DNA of 64,000 nucleotides from Candidatus Gorgyraea atricola (lineage in GTDB: Bacteria > Omnitrophota > Gorgyraeia > Gorgyraeales > Gorgyraeaceae): positions 240-64,239 of the forward strand of contig JAVCCW010000025.1 in assembly GCA_030765235.1 (NCBI GenBank), read 5' to 3'. Shown here piece after piece: positions 25,690 to 35,250 of the stretch. The notes below the pieces were generated by a model that worked only from the letters and a program-made list of their open reading frames with translations, ran no database searches and had not been told where the DNA came from. The stretch's first letter is position 1. Every line of letters starts with the position of its first letter. A program made the translations under genes and the position numbers.

Positions 25690-25738
25690 TACGTAATGTT
25701 ACGTAATGTTATGGAAGGTTATGGAAGGTTACTGGTTC
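25690..25738 (+). repeat. Run of consecutive 10-mers starting with gtta (gttacgtaat x2, gttatggaag x2, gttactggtt) spanning the skp RBS and start codon
   Basis: Read directly; encodes the N-terminus [12 protein letters not shown]. Confidence 0.65.
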
Positions 25739-26223
25739 TAAGTTTAGTCGCAGTGTTTCTGTTTGCAGGGCATGTGTTTGCGCAGGACGGCAAAATAGGC
25801 TTCGTAGATCTCTCTCGGTCATTTGATGAGTATCAGAAGACAAAAGATTTTGATAGGAATCTGGAAAAGACAGGGGATATCAAGCAGCAGCAGAGAGAGA
25901 AGCTGGTTAAAGATATAAGAAAGATGAGGGATGAGATCGAGCTCATGAATGAAAAGGCCAGACAGAAGAAAGAGGATGATATAGAGGCGAAGATAAAATC
26001 TCTTCAGGAGTTTGACCAGGATGCCAAGATGGAGCTTACAAAGGAAAGAGACGATATGGTGCGAGAGATCCTGAAAGAGATAAATACAGTGATAGAAGAA
26101 TACGGAAAGACCCATGCGTATTCGATTATCTTAAACGACAGAGTTCTTTTATACGGACAAAAGACCCATGATGTGACAGACGAGATCATTGATTTGTTAA
26201 ACAAAAATTACGAGCAGCAATAA
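25696..26223 (+). CDS. skp: Periplasmic chaperone Skp (OmpH)
   Basis: Signal peptide, coiled-coil, K/E-rich; conserved bamA-skp-lpxD order; the start may instead be the ATG at 25711. Confidence 0.82.
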   Translation: MLRNVMEGYGRLLVLSLVAVFLFAGHVFAQDGKIGFVDLSRSFDEYQKTKDFDRNLEKTGDIKQQQREKLVKDIRKMRDEIELMNEKARQKKEDDIEAKIKSLQEFDQDAKMELTKERDDMVREILKEINTVIEEYGKTHAYSIILNDRVLLYGQKTHDVTDEIIDLLNKNYEQQ

Positions 26224-26233
26224 GGACAGAGAG

Positions 26234-27268
26234 ATGAAGAAGACATTGACCGAAATAGCCGCTATAGTCGACGGAGAGATCGTAGGCGACGAGAAAACAG
26301 TTGTGACTGGCATATGCGGCATAAAAGAGGCGCAGAAGGGTGACCTCACATTTATCGCAAATTCCAGGTATCTTTCGCTTATGAATCAGACAAAGGCATC
26401 CGCGATTATTACGTCCCGAGATGTGAAGTCAGCGCCCAAGCCTATCGTACGCACTGAAAATCCTTCTATAGCATTTGCCAAGATGGTCTCTCTTATGGCG
26501 CCCAATGAGGTAAAAAAGCCAAAAGGCATACACCCTACTGCTGTTATAGGAGAAAAGGTAAGAATCGGCAGGAACGTAGCTATACAGGCCTATGTTGTTA
26601 TCGAAGATAATGTTGAAATAAAAGATAGTACTATTCTTTATGCAGGGGCATACGTGGGGCATCACGCAAAGATAGGGAAGAACTGCAAGATATATCCGTA
26701 TGTTATAATCAGGGAACGCGTTGAGATAAACGATAGAGTAATCATACATGGAGGTACTGTTATAGGCAGTGATGGTTTTGGTTTTTCTACAGTCAAAGGC
26801 GTGCATCAGAGGATCCCCCAGATCGGTACTGTGGTGATAGAGGATGACGTAGAGATCGGGGCCAATGTCACGATAGACAGGGCGCGTTTCGAAAAAACTA
26901 TTATAAAAAAAGGCACTAAGATAGATAATCTTGTCCAGATAGCTCATAATGTAATCGTCGGAGAACATTCTATAATAGTTTCCCAGAGTGGGATATCAGG
27001 GAGCGCAGTTATCGGGAACAATGTTACACTGGCAGGTCAGGCCGGGGTCATAGGGCATGTTACTGTTGGAGACAATGTAGTAATTGCCGCAAGAGCTGGC
27101 GTGACAAAGTCTATCCCTTCTAATGCCTGTGTTTCAGGCTATCCTGCGAAGCCACACACAGTTGCTAAGAGAATTAATGCATGTGTCCAGAACCTTCCGG
27201 ATTTATACAAAAAGGTACGAGCATTAGAAGAAGAAATAGAAAAGTTTAAAGGCAAAGGCCGAGAATAG
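26234..27268 (+). CDS. lpxD: UDP-3-O-acylglucosamine N-acyltransferase
   Basis: Hexapeptide-repeat left-handed beta-helix; [20 protein letters not shown]-terminus. Confidence 0.88.
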   Translation: MKKTLTEIAAIVDGEIVGDEKTVVTGICGIKEAQKGDLTFIANSRYLSLMNQTKASAIITSRDVKSAPKPIVRTENPSIAFAKMVSLMAPNEVKKPKGIHPTAVIGEKVRIGRNVAIQAYVVIEDNVEIKDSTILYAGAYVGHHAKIGKNCKIYPYVIIRERVEINDRVIIHGGTVIGSDGFGFSTVKGVHQRIPQIGTVVIEDDVEIGANVTIDRARFEKTIIKKGTKIDNLVQIAHNVIVGEHSIIVSQSGISGSAVIGNNVTLAGQAGVIGHVTVGDNVVIAARAGVTKSIPSNACVSGYPAKPHTVAKRINACVQNLPDLYKKVRALEEEIEKFKGKGRE

Positions 27269-27314
27269 GCAGATTTCAATCTGCCTGTTTATGAAGGCTT
27301 TTGCGACCACTTTT

Positions 27315-27336
27315 GTAGGTCACACTTCAGTGTGAC
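27315..27336 (+). repeat. REP-A element, partial copy 3 (gtaggtcacacttcagtgtgac), preceded by hairpin ggcagatttcaatctgcc (27268-27285)
   Basis: Matches the second hairpin of REP-A with a few substitutions. Confidence 0.55.
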
Positions 27337-27355
27337 AATCCCTAACAGAGGATAT

Positions 27356-28669
27356 ATGGAACAGAAAACAATAAAAAAACCAATAGAGCTTAGTGGCGTC
27401 GGTCTTCATACAGGTGCTGAGGTACATCTTAAATTTAAACCTGCGCCTACGAATACAGGCATAAACTTCATAAGAGTAGACGTGAAAGATTCTCCTATGA
27501 TAGGGGCGAATATCCACCATATGCTGGATCAGGATAAAAGCCCCAGGCGCACGTCCATTGGCAGAGGTTCAGTAGAGGTGCACACAATAGAACATCTAAT
27601 GGCAGCATTATGGGCCATGGGCATAGATAATCTTCTTATTGAGATAGATGGTCCAGAGCTTCCAGGCCTGGATGGCAGCGCAATCGGTTTTATCGAGACA
27701 CTGAAAAAGGTTGGCATAGAAAATCAGGACCTGCCAAAAAAGGTGTATCAGGTGCGTTCCCCTATCTGGATAGAGCAGGATGACGCCATAATCATGGTCT
27801 TGCCTGATAATCAATTCAGGGTATCCTATACATTGAATTACGAACACCCTCTTCTAAAGTCGCAGTATCTTTCTTTTGTGTTGGATGAAAATACTTTTGA
27901 AAAAGAACTGGCTTCTTCAAGGACCTTTTGTCTTGAGAGGGAGGTCAGTGATTTGAGGAAACAGGGGCTTGGCAAGGGCGCAAACTACGAGAATACCGTC
28001 GTGGTGGGCAAGAAAGGTGTTATAGATAATGATTTGAGGTTTGACGATGAATTCGCAAGGCATAAGATACTGGATTTATTGGGGGATTTATATCTATTGG
28101 GGTATGTGATAAAAGGTCATATAATAGCAATACGCAGTGGCCACCCTTTAAATATAAAGCTTGTTGATAAGATAAGCGCGCAGAGAGAAAAAATACAGGC
28201 TGGCGGCATAAAGGGCGTGTATGTTGAGACAGAAGGTAATGTTCTGGACTCCAGTGATATCCAAAAGATCCTGCCGCATCGCTATCCATTCTTGCTTGTC
28301 GATAAGATCATAGAGCTTGTGCCGGATAAAAAGGCAGTCGGGATCAAGAATGTCACAATGAACGAGCAATTCTTTACAGGGCATTTTCCAGGGACACCTG
28401 TTATGCCAGGCGTGTTGATTGTTGAGGCAATGGCGCAGGTGGCAGGCGTATTGATGTTGAATAAAAAAGAGAATGTTGGGAAAATGGCCTATTTTATGAG
28501 TTTGGATAAGGCAAAGTTCAGAAAGACAGTAGTGCCTGGAGACCAATTACGGCTCGAGGTAAACGTAGTTAAGCTAAAGTCAAAAATAGGCCATGTGCAT
28601 ACGCGCGCGCTTGTAGATGGCCAGGTCGTAAGCGAGGCAAATCTGATGTTTGCGCTCGTGGATGCGTAA
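27356..28669 (+). CDS. lpxC-fabZ: Bifunctional LpxC (UDP-3-O-acyl-GlcNAc deacetylase) / FabZ (3-hydroxyacyl-ACP dehydratase) fusion
   Basis: N-terminal LpxC (...SGVGLHTGAEV..., HKILDLLGDL) followed by the FabZ hot-dog domain (...LPHRYPFLLVDKI...GHFPG.PVMPGVL..E); ATG at 27356 with RBS gagga. Confidence 0.85.
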   Translation: MEQKTIKKPIELSGVGLHTGAEVHLKFKPAPTNTGINFIRVDVKDSPMIGANIHHMLDQDKSPRRTSIGRGSVEVHTIEHLMAALWAMGIDNLLIEIDGPELPGLDGSAIGFIETLKKVGIENQDLPKKVYQVRSPIWIEQDDAIIMVLPDNQFRVSYTLNYEHPLLKSQYLSFVLDENTFEKELASSRTFCLEREVSDLRKQGLGKGANYENTVVVGKKGVIDNDLRFDDEFARHKILDLLGDLYLLGYVIKGHIIAIRSGHPLNIKLVDKISAQREKIQAGGIKGVYVETEGNVLDSSDIQKILPHRYPFLLVDKIIELVPDKKAVGIKNVTMNEQFFTGHFPGTPVMPGVLIVEAMAQVAGVLMLNKKENVGKMAYFMSLDKAKFRKTVVPGDQLRLEVNVVKLKSKIGHVHTRALVDGQVVSEANLMFALVDA

Positions 28670-28690
28670 GTTTCAGAAGACAGAGGTCAG

Positions 28691-29488
28691 ATGACAATTC
28701 ATCCGACAGCAATTATAGATAAAAAGGCGAAATTGGCCGACGATGTAGAAGTCGGCCCTTATGCTATTGTAGGTCCTTCAGTGGAAATAGGGAGTAAGAC
28801 CACTATAGGAGGCCATGCGGTAGTTGATGGCAATACTACTATTGGCAAGGGCTGCTCTATTTTCACAGGCGCAGTAATAGGGAGCCCTCCTCAGGATCTT
28901 AAATATAAAGGCGCAAAGAGCTTTTTGAAGATAGGGGAGAATAATATTATCAGAGAATATGTAACTATGAATCCAAGCACAGATGAGGGAGGAGTTACAT
29001 CTATAGGAGACGGAAATCTTTTCATGGCCTATTCTCATGTGGCGCATGATTGCAAGATCGGCAGCGACTGTGTTATCGCGAATTCAGGAACACTCGCAGG
29101 ACACGTGACGCTGGAAGATAAAGTAGTGATAGGCGGACTCACTGCCATACATCAGTTTGTGCGCATAGGTAAGATGGCGATTATAGGCGGATGTTCAAAG
29201 GTAGTGCAGGATATTCCGCCTTTTTCTACTTGTGACGGGCATCCAGCAAGGGTGTATGCCTTGAACCTGGTGGGACTGAGGCGTTCAGGTGTGTCAAAGG
29301 ATGCTCAAGCCTCGCTCAAAAAGGCCTTTAAGATCTTATTTCATTCCGGGCTTACATTTAAAACCGGCGCAGAGAAAGTAAAGCAGGAAATACCGAGCTG
29401 TGGAGAAGTGCAGTATCTATTGGATTTTATAAAAGGATCAAAGAGGGGCATGTGCAGGGGTGAAGAGAATAGGTCTAATAGCAGGTAA
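28691..29488 (+). CDS. lpxA: Acyl-ACP--UDP-GlcNAc O-acyltransferase
   Basis: MTIHPTAIIDKKAKL...; hexapeptide repeats. Confidence 0.88.
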   Translation: MTIHPTAIIDKKAKLADDVEVGPYAIVGPSVEIGSKTTIGGHAVVDGNTTIGKGCSIFTGAVIGSPPQDLKYKGAKSFLKIGENNIIREYVTMNPSTDEGGVTSIGDGNLFMAYSHVAHDCKIGSDCVIANSGTLAGHVTLEDKVVIGGLTAIHQFVRIGKMAIIGGCSKVVQDIPPFSTCDGHPARVYALNLVGLRRSGVSKDAQASLKKAFKILFHSGLTFKTGAEKVKQEIPSCGEVQYLLDFIKGSKRGMCRGEENRSNSR

Positions 29489-30260
29489 TGGTGGTTTTCC
29501 AATACTTTTTGCGCAAGAGGCAAAGAAAAAAGGCGTAGAGGTAATTGCGATAGGCATAAATGAAGAGACAGCAAAAGAATTAGAAGGTCATGTCAGCAAG
29601 ATATACTGGTTAGGCGTAGGAGAATTAGAAAAATTATTTCAGGTGTTGCTTACAGAGAAATTAAAAGAAGTTGTGATGGCAGGCCAGGTAAAGCATAAAA
29701 GGCTTTTTGAGAACATAAAGCTGGATACTGGCATGCAGAAGCTCCTGGCTGGCACAAAAGATAAAAAGACAGATTCGCTTATAGGGTCGATCGCAAAGAA
29801 ATTAGAGCAGGCCGGGGTAAAGGTCTTGGACTCTACGACTTTTTTATCAGATTACCTTCCAAAAAAAGGTGTTCTAACAAAGAATAATCTCGATAAAAGG
29901 ATTTTAGATGACATTGAATTTGGCAGGGGCATTGCCAAGTCCATTGCTGGCCTGGATATAGGCCAGACAGTAGTTGTGAAGGATAAGGTAGTCCTTGCAG
30001 TTGAGTCTATTGAGGGCACAGACGAGACAATAAAAAGGGCTGCGAAATATGGCAAGGACGGCATAGTGGTTATAAAGGTATCCAAACCAAATCAGGACAT
30101 GAGATTCGACGTACCTATAATAGGGCCTGATACGATAAGCCTGTTAAAAGATGTAAAGGCAGCTTGCATATCAATAGAGGCGCAGAAGACACTCATCATA
30201 GATAAGGCTGAGACCATTAAACTTGCGGATCAATCAGACATAGGGATTGTGGCATCATGA
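29460..30260 (+). CDS. lpxI: UDP-2,3-diacylglucosamine hydrolase LpxI (DUF1009 family)
   Basis: MKRIGLIAGNGGFPILFAQEAKKKG...; position within the lpx cluster. Confidence 0.7.
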   Translation: MKRIGLIAGNGGFPILFAQEAKKKGVEVIAIGINEETAKELEGHVSKIYWLGVGELEKLFQVLLTEKLKEVVMAGQVKHKRLFENIKLDTGMQKLLAGTKDKKTDSLIGSIAKKLEQAGVKVLDSTTFLSDYLPKKGVLTKNNLDKRILDDIEFGRGIAKSIAGLDIGQTVVVKDKVVLAVESIEGTDETIKRAAKYGKDGIVVIKVSKPNQDMRFDVPIIGPDTISLLKDVKAACISIEAQKTLIIDKAETIKLADQSDIGIVAS

Positions 30261-30964
30261 GCTCTAAAAAATCTACAAAGAAATCAGACACAATAGGCGC
30301 GCTTTCAAAGATTAGCAAGGCCATATCCAGTGATTTATATTTAGAAGATATCTTAAAGCTTATCGTGACTGTAACAGCTGAGGTCATGAATTCCAGGATC
30401 TGTTCATTGATGCTTTTGGATGAGAAGGGACAAAATCTTGTCATAAGGGCCACGCAGACTATCAGCGAAGAATATATAAAAAAGCAGCCCCTGAAAAAAG
30501 GACAAGGCATTGCCTGGAAGGTGGTGCAGGAAAATAAACCAGTCACTGTACCTGATGTATTAAAGGAATCAGGTTATAAACATAAAGACATAGCAGAGAA
30601 AGAAGGCCTTGTATCACTATTGTGTGTACCAATGGCAGTTAAAAAAAGGGTTATAGGTGTCTTAAACTGTTACACCTCAAAGCCTCACAAGTTCTCAAAG
30701 ATAGAAGTTAATATACTCACCAGCGTGGCAAATCAGGCAGCTGTTGCTATAGAGAATACGGAACTCATGGTAAGGACAAAAGTTATACAGGAAGAATTAG
30801 AGACACGCAAGGTCGTTGAAAAGGCAAAGGGCATACTGATGAGGAGCGAGGGCCTGACAGAAGAAGACGCATTCAGGACGATCCAGAAATACAGCATGGA
30901 CCGCCGCAAGCCCATGAAAGAAGTCGCAGAAGCCATCATCATGATGCACGACTTAAGGAAATGA
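30257..30964 (+). CDS. GAF-ANTAR RNA-binding antitermination regulator
   Basis: N-terminal GAF fold region; C-terminal ANTAR ...VEKAKGILMRSEGLTEEDAFRTIQKYSMDRRKPMKEVAEAII... Confidence 0.8.
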   Translation: MSSKKSTKKSDTIGALSKISKAISSDLYLEDILKLIVTVTAEVMNSRICSLMLLDEKGQNLVIRATQTISEEYIKKQPLKKGQGIAWKVVQENKPVTVPDVLKESGYKHKDIAEKEGLVSLLCVPMAVKKRVIGVLNCYTSKPHKFSKIEVNILTSVANQAAVAIENTELMVRTKVIQEELETRKVVEKAKGILMRSEGLTEEDAFRTIQKYSMDRRKPMKEVAEAIIMMHDLRK

Positions 30965-31347
30965 CAAAATACGAAGGCTTACAGACAAAGGTTCGCAAGT
31001 TAAGAACACCTAAAATAGAGGTGTGGCGCAATCAGTATGCGGACAAGGATTATGTTGTGATGCTCGAGAATCCGGAATTTACATGTGTTTGCCCTAAGAC
31101 AGGTTTGCCTGATTTTGCAAATATCACGATTCAGTATAAGCCTGATAAATGGTGCGTGGAACTCAAGTCCTTTAAGCTATACATGATTTCTTACAGGGAT
31201 GTCGGCATATTCCACGAGCATGTAGTAAATAGGGTCATGGATGATCTTGTTGCATCATGCAAGCCAAGATGGCTGTATATTAAAGGTGAGTTCAATGTGC
31301 GCGGAGGAATCAAGACCACAGTTACATCAGAATATAAAAGGAGTTAA
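30961..31347 (+). CDS. queF: NADPH-dependent 7-cyano-7-deazaguanine reductase (type I QueF)
   Basis: ...VCPKTGLPDFA...ELKSFKLYM... QueF motifs. Confidence 0.85.
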   Translation: MTKYEGLQTKVRKLRTPKIEVWRNQYADKDYVVMLENPEFTCVCPKTGLPDFANITIQYKPDKWCVELKSFKLYMISYRDVGIFHEHVVNRVMDDLVASCKPRWLYIKGEFNVRGGIKTTVTSEYKRS

Positions 31348-31349
31348 TC

Positions 31350-32681
31350 ATGACAATAAAAACCAAAAAAGACGTCTTAGCTGCAGTAAAAAAACACAAT
31401 ATTAAATTTATTAAACTCTGGTTCACTGATGTCCTGGGTTTCCAGAAGGGCATTGCTATAACTAAGAGAGAGCTTGCCAAGGCCATGGAAGATGGTATGG
31501 GATTTGACGGCTCATCCATCGAAGGATTTGCCCGTATAGAAGAAAGCGACATGGTGGCAATGCCTGACGCTTCTACATTCCAGCTGATCCCGTGGCGCAC
31601 AGAAAAAGATGGTCTTTCTGCGCGGATGTTCTGTGACATTGTAAAGCCAAATGGCAAACCTTTTGAAGGAGATCCGCGATATATCTTGAAGAAAAATCTA
31701 AAAAAGGCCAAGGATATGGGTTTTACCTATTATATAGGGCCAGAGCTGGAATATTTTTATTTTGAAAATCCTAAAAACACGATTATTCTTGATAGGGGCG
31801 GATATTTTGACCTGACGCCTCTTGATGTGGCGCAGGATCTGAGGCGTGAAACAGTAGTCATGCTCGAGAAGATGGGTGTAAAGGTAGAATACTCTCATCA
31901 CGAGGTTGCTACGTCCCAGCACGAGATAGACCTGAGGTATTGTGACGCGCTTACCATGGCAGACAATGTCATGACCTATCGCATGGTAGTAAAAGAAGTG
32001 GCGCGTCAGCACGGTAAATACGCTACTTTTATGCCAAAACCGATTTACGGCATAAACGGAAGCGGCATGCACGTGCATCAATCTCTTTTTAAGGGCTCAA
32101 AGAACGCGTTTTTCAGTAAAACCGATAAATCGCATCTTTCAGACACAGCAAAATATTTTATAGCCGGAATATTAAAACACGTTCCTGAGATGACAGCAGT
32201 GACGAATCAATGGGTGAACTCTTACAAAAGGCTTATACCTGGCTATGAGGCGCCTGTGTACATATGCTGGGCACAGATGAATCGCTCTGCGCTTGTGAGG
32301 GTGCCGATGTACAAGCCTGGTAAAGAAAAAGCAACCAGGGTAGAATTCCGTTCTCCTGACCCGGCAGCAAATCCATACCTTGCCCTTTCTGTTATGCTGG
32401 CAGCTGGTTTAGAAGGCATGAAAAAGAAGTACAAGCTTCCCAAGGCAGCAGAGGATAATATCTATCGGATGACAGAAAAAGAAAGAGAAAGATCTGGGAT
32501 AGAGTCTTTGCCAGAAGACCTTTACGAGGCAATTAAGCTTACAGAAAAAAGTAAGCTCGTAAAAGAAGCCCTTGGCGAAAAATTATTCGAATACTTTATC
32601 CGCAATAAATATATGGAGTGGGACGAATACAAGGCCCAGGTGTCAAAGTACGAGATTGACAAGTACCTGCCAATACTCTAA
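31350..32681 (+). CDS. glnA: Glutamine synthetase
   Basis: 443 aa; beta-grasp N-domain; catalytic-domain motifs ...NGSGMHVHQS..., ...SRSALVRVP... Confidence 0.88.
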   Translation: MTIKTKKDVLAAVKKHNIKFIKLWFTDVLGFQKGIAITKRELAKAMEDGMGFDGSSIEGFARIEESDMVAMPDASTFQLIPWRTEKDGLSARMFCDIVKPNGKPFEGDPRYILKKNLKKAKDMGFTYYIGPELEYFYFENPKNTIILDRGGYFDLTPLDVAQDLRRETVVMLEKMGVKVEYSHHEVATSQHEIDLRYCDALTMADNVMTYRMVVKEVARQHGKYATFMPKPIYGINGSGMHVHQSLFKGSKNAFFSKTDKSHLSDTAKYFIAGILKHVPEMTAVTNQWVNSYKRLIPGYEAPVYICWAQMNRSALVRVPMYKPGKEKATRVEFRSPDPAANPYLALSVMLAAGLEGMKKKYKLPKAAEDNIYRMTEKERERSGIESLPEDLYEAIKLTEKSKLVKEALGEKLFEYFIRNKYMEWDEYKAQVSKYEIDKYLPIL

Positions 32682-32690
32682 CAATACATT

Positions 32691-33371
32691 ATGCGTAAAA
32701 TAAGCATTGTAGTTATTCTGATAGTCTATTGCTGCGGGCTGGCCCATGCTGCGCCGCCTTTTGCCAAGGGTGAGAAGTTGACGTATAATGTGAAGTATAA
32801 GGCCTTGAAAGTAGGCACCTCTGTCCTTACTTTTCATGGTGAAAAAGATCTAGGCAATAAAAAGGCCTATCATATTACATTTTCTACAAAGATCCCCTCA
32901 CTTAAGGACACCGAAGAGCTATACGCGGACAAGGAAACTTTCCTTCCGATAGAGGTGCACAGGACGATCAAGAAGAGGTTAGGATTTGGCGACAGGATAA
33001 AAGAGGTGTATGACCAGGAGAATTTCAGGGTGGATATTTCTTCAAAGAGCAAGCTGCGCAAAAAGAATTTTTCAATACAAAAGGATTCACCTATCCATAA
33101 TGCGATACTCCTGGCGTATTACTATAGGACGCAGGATTCCTTTAATAAAGGCGATAAATTTAAGATTGCGCTACCCACGTTTGATTTTGAGGTCTCATTT
33201 ACCGGCATAGAAGAGATAAAGACCCCTCTTGGAAAATTCCAGGCATATGCCTTTACAAGCGAACCACCCAGGTTCAGACTCTGGTTAAGCGCAGACGAAA
33301 AACGCATCCCCCTAAAAATCCACAACCCCTCTACCCTAGGCTATTCCCTAATAATAAAATCCATAGACTAA
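32691..33371 (+). CDS. Secreted DUF3108-like protein
   Basis: Signal peptide; about 226 aa; beta-rich; tentative family assignment. Confidence 0.5.
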   Translation: MRKISIVVILIVYCCGLAHAAPPFAKGEKLTYNVKYKALKVGTSVLTFHGEKDLGNKKAYHITFSTKIPSLKDTEELYADKETFLPIEVHRTIKKRLGFGDRIKEVYDQENFRVDISSKSKLRKKNFSIQKDSPIHNAILLAYYYRTQDSFNKGDKFKIALPTFDFEVSFTGIEEIKTPLGKFQAYAFTSEPPRFRLWLSADEKRIPLKIHNPSTLGYSLIIKSID

Positions 33372-33398
33372 CCCCCATTATCATTCCCGCCCCTTCAT

Positions 33399-33459
33399 GT
33401 CATTCCCGCGAAAGCGGGAATCCAAATCGCTCTATCATTGCGAACGCAGTGAAGCAATC
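33399..33459 (+). repeat. Two adjacent palindromic repeat units (gtcattcccgcgaaagcgggaatc at 33399-33422; tcattgcgaacgcagtgaagcaatc at 33435-33459), followed by further GC-rich hairpins up to the perfect palindrome gtcccgcccttttgactttgtcaaaagggcgggac (33549-33584)
   Basis: Read directly; source of the spurious ORF 33397-33657 (MSFPRKRES...). Confidence 0.65.
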
Positions 33460-33659
33460 TCACTCCTGCCCCGCCAGGCTGGCAGGCCTTCAAAAAGACG
33501 CTCGGCCGCCCCAGCGAGGCGGCCTTCGCTCATTGTAATTTTTTGCTCGTCCCGCCCTTTTGACTTTGTCAAAAGGGCGGGACACCATGCCCGCAAAAAA
33601 TTACGATGCTTTTTTCAGACCTACCAGCCCGCCGGGGCAGGAGCGAGATCCAGTTGAGA

Positions 33660-33745
33660 TTAGTTGGGCAGGGGAGTATAATGATAAAAGACAACCTTGG
33701 ACATTCCGACATAAGGACAACGCAGATATATTTACAGGCTGTTCC
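33660..33745 (+). pseudogene. C-terminal remnant of a tyrosine recombinase / phage-type integrase (...IMIKDNLGHSDIRTTQIYLQAV...)
   Basis: LGHSxIxTTQIY with the catalytic Tyr is the signature tail of tyrosine integrases; no N-terminal or catalytic core is found upstream, only a repeat cluster. Confidence 0.6.
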
Positions 33746-33818
33746 AAGGATAAAGAGTAAAGAGATAAAGAAGATTTTTGATAGGTGGAAGCAAAGGAAG
33801 GATAGGCGAAAAGTAGTT

Positions 33819-34364
33819 ATGATAGAAGTACCCGAGTATCTAAAAAAATTATTAGAAATAGAAGAAAAGGTAAAGTTGAAAAGATACTGCAATGATATAA
33901 TCGTAACACAGGAAGATTTTGTAAAATTAATAACCAATTGTTATAAAATTGGTTATCTTCACCAAATCAAACATCACGACTTTGTGTCTTCTCATCTTCA
34001 TCCTTCAGAAAAAGAGAAAGACGCATTAGCTTCAGTTACAGTTGGAGAAAGAATTACAGGAGATGCTAAAAAGTTTATGAATAAAATTTCTCAAATCTTC
34101 AAAGAACGCAGATATCTTGTTGCCCATATATTTTTTAACGAAAAGAAATGGCATATGTTCTACTTTGACCAAAGAGACGCAGAAAGTCAAAGGAAAAACC
34201 ATTGGAAAAAAGGGGCTCACATTCATTTCGTGAATTATTTATGGCCGCAGTATGATTTGAATAAATTATGGGAAATATTTGATATGGCTAATGCATCTGC
34301 CGGGGGTAAATTACATATCAAGTTTGAAGGGCAAGATTATGATAGAATTAATTCAACTATTTAA
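33819..34364 (+). CDS. Hypothetical protein, candidate cargo of a degraded integrative element
   Basis: ORF in frame with, and fused to, the integrase remnant; internal ATG at 33819 (MIEVPEYLKK...); no recognisable domain. Confidence 0.4.
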   Translation: MIEVPEYLKKLLEIEEKVKLKRYCNDIIVTQEDFVKLITNCYKIGYLHQIKHHDFVSSHLHPSEKEKDALASVTVGERITGDAKKFMNKISQIFKERRYLVAHIFFNEKKWHMFYFDQRDAESQRKNHWKKGAHIHFVNYLWPQYDLNKLWEIFDMANASAGGKLHIKFEGQDYDRINSTI

Positions 34365-34632
34365 GAGGTTTGATGTATATAACCCTTGTATAACCCTTGT
34401 ACCGTTTGCGAATTCTCCTACCAATGTGTCCCCAAGTTTATAACAGCTAAAAAGAAGGTCTGCGGAGCCCCATTCCAAATTCTAATCGATAAGCTATTTA
34501 TTATTTGTAACTAATTGCGGACAATTCTAATGGATTGTTTGGTGATATTCAAGAATTTGGAACGGGGCAGGCGAATTGAAAATTTAGCCTGCGATGGATA
34601 AGTGGGGCGTGGGGTGTTCTGTGAGTGGGAGG

Positions 34633-34684
34633 ATCCACACCGGGCGGAGGGGCCCGCGAACAGAATACCCCGCGCCCCACGATA
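34633..34684 (+). repeat. Repeat R2, copy b
   Basis: About 90% identical to 10247-10295; an 11-mer tandem duplication tataacccttg x2 lies nearby at 34376-34397. Confidence 0.65.
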
Positions 34685-34842
34685 CGTGATAAAAGGTTAC
34701 CCTTGAGCGAAGCCCCATACCAAAATCTTCGATTTGATACGGGGCAGGCAGACCTTCTTTTTAGCTGCTCCTGTAGCGTGAATTTCAGTTGCGATTTGTC
34801 TGGGTTATGGTAGCATAATGACAAGAGAGAAGGAGGAGTGAA

Positions 34843-35241
34843 ATGGTAAAAAGATTAGGGGTGTTTGTTTTTATAGTTTTAGTAGCTAGTATGTTAAGCA
34901 TGTTATGTTATGCTGAAGATCCTGGTATCTATGTGGCGGAACATTATAGGTACTTGACGGAGATCATCGAATGGAATATGGGTGATCCCAACAAGTGTGT
35001 TGAAAAGGCTAAGCGCTTCTTTGAAAGTATTGACAAAGAAGAATATGCGCGTAATTGGGAAGCGTCAATGAACAAGTTTCTTGGTGAAGAGCCATCTGAA
35101 GAATCCATGGAAAGCGAACCAGATAAATCTATGATGGAATATAATAATGCAATAGCACGTTTTATGCAGAAATATCCAGATCATGGCAGAAAGATACTGG
35201 AATTATCAATAGACATTATGGGCGAATCAAAAGCGAACTGA
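34843..35241 (+). CDS. Small secreted hypothetical protein
   Basis: Signal peptide MVKRLGVFVFIVLVASMLSMLCYA; RBS aaggaggag. Confidence 0.5.
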   Translation: MVKRLGVFVFIVLVASMLSMLCYAEDPGIYVAEHYRYLTEIIEWNMGDPNKCVEKAKRFFESIDKEEYARNWEASMNKFLGEEPSEESMESEPDKSMMEYNNAIARFMQKYPDHGRKILELSIDIMGESKAN

Positions 35242-35250
35242 CTGCTTTAG

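Noticed and set aside
33397-33657. 86-aa ORF MSFPRKRESKSLYHCERSEAIS... and the overlapping ORF 33560-33760
   Set aside because: Both are entirely encoded by nested palindromic repeats, which give low-complexity Arg/Ser/Pro/Ala peptides. This is a typical repeat-derived artefact.
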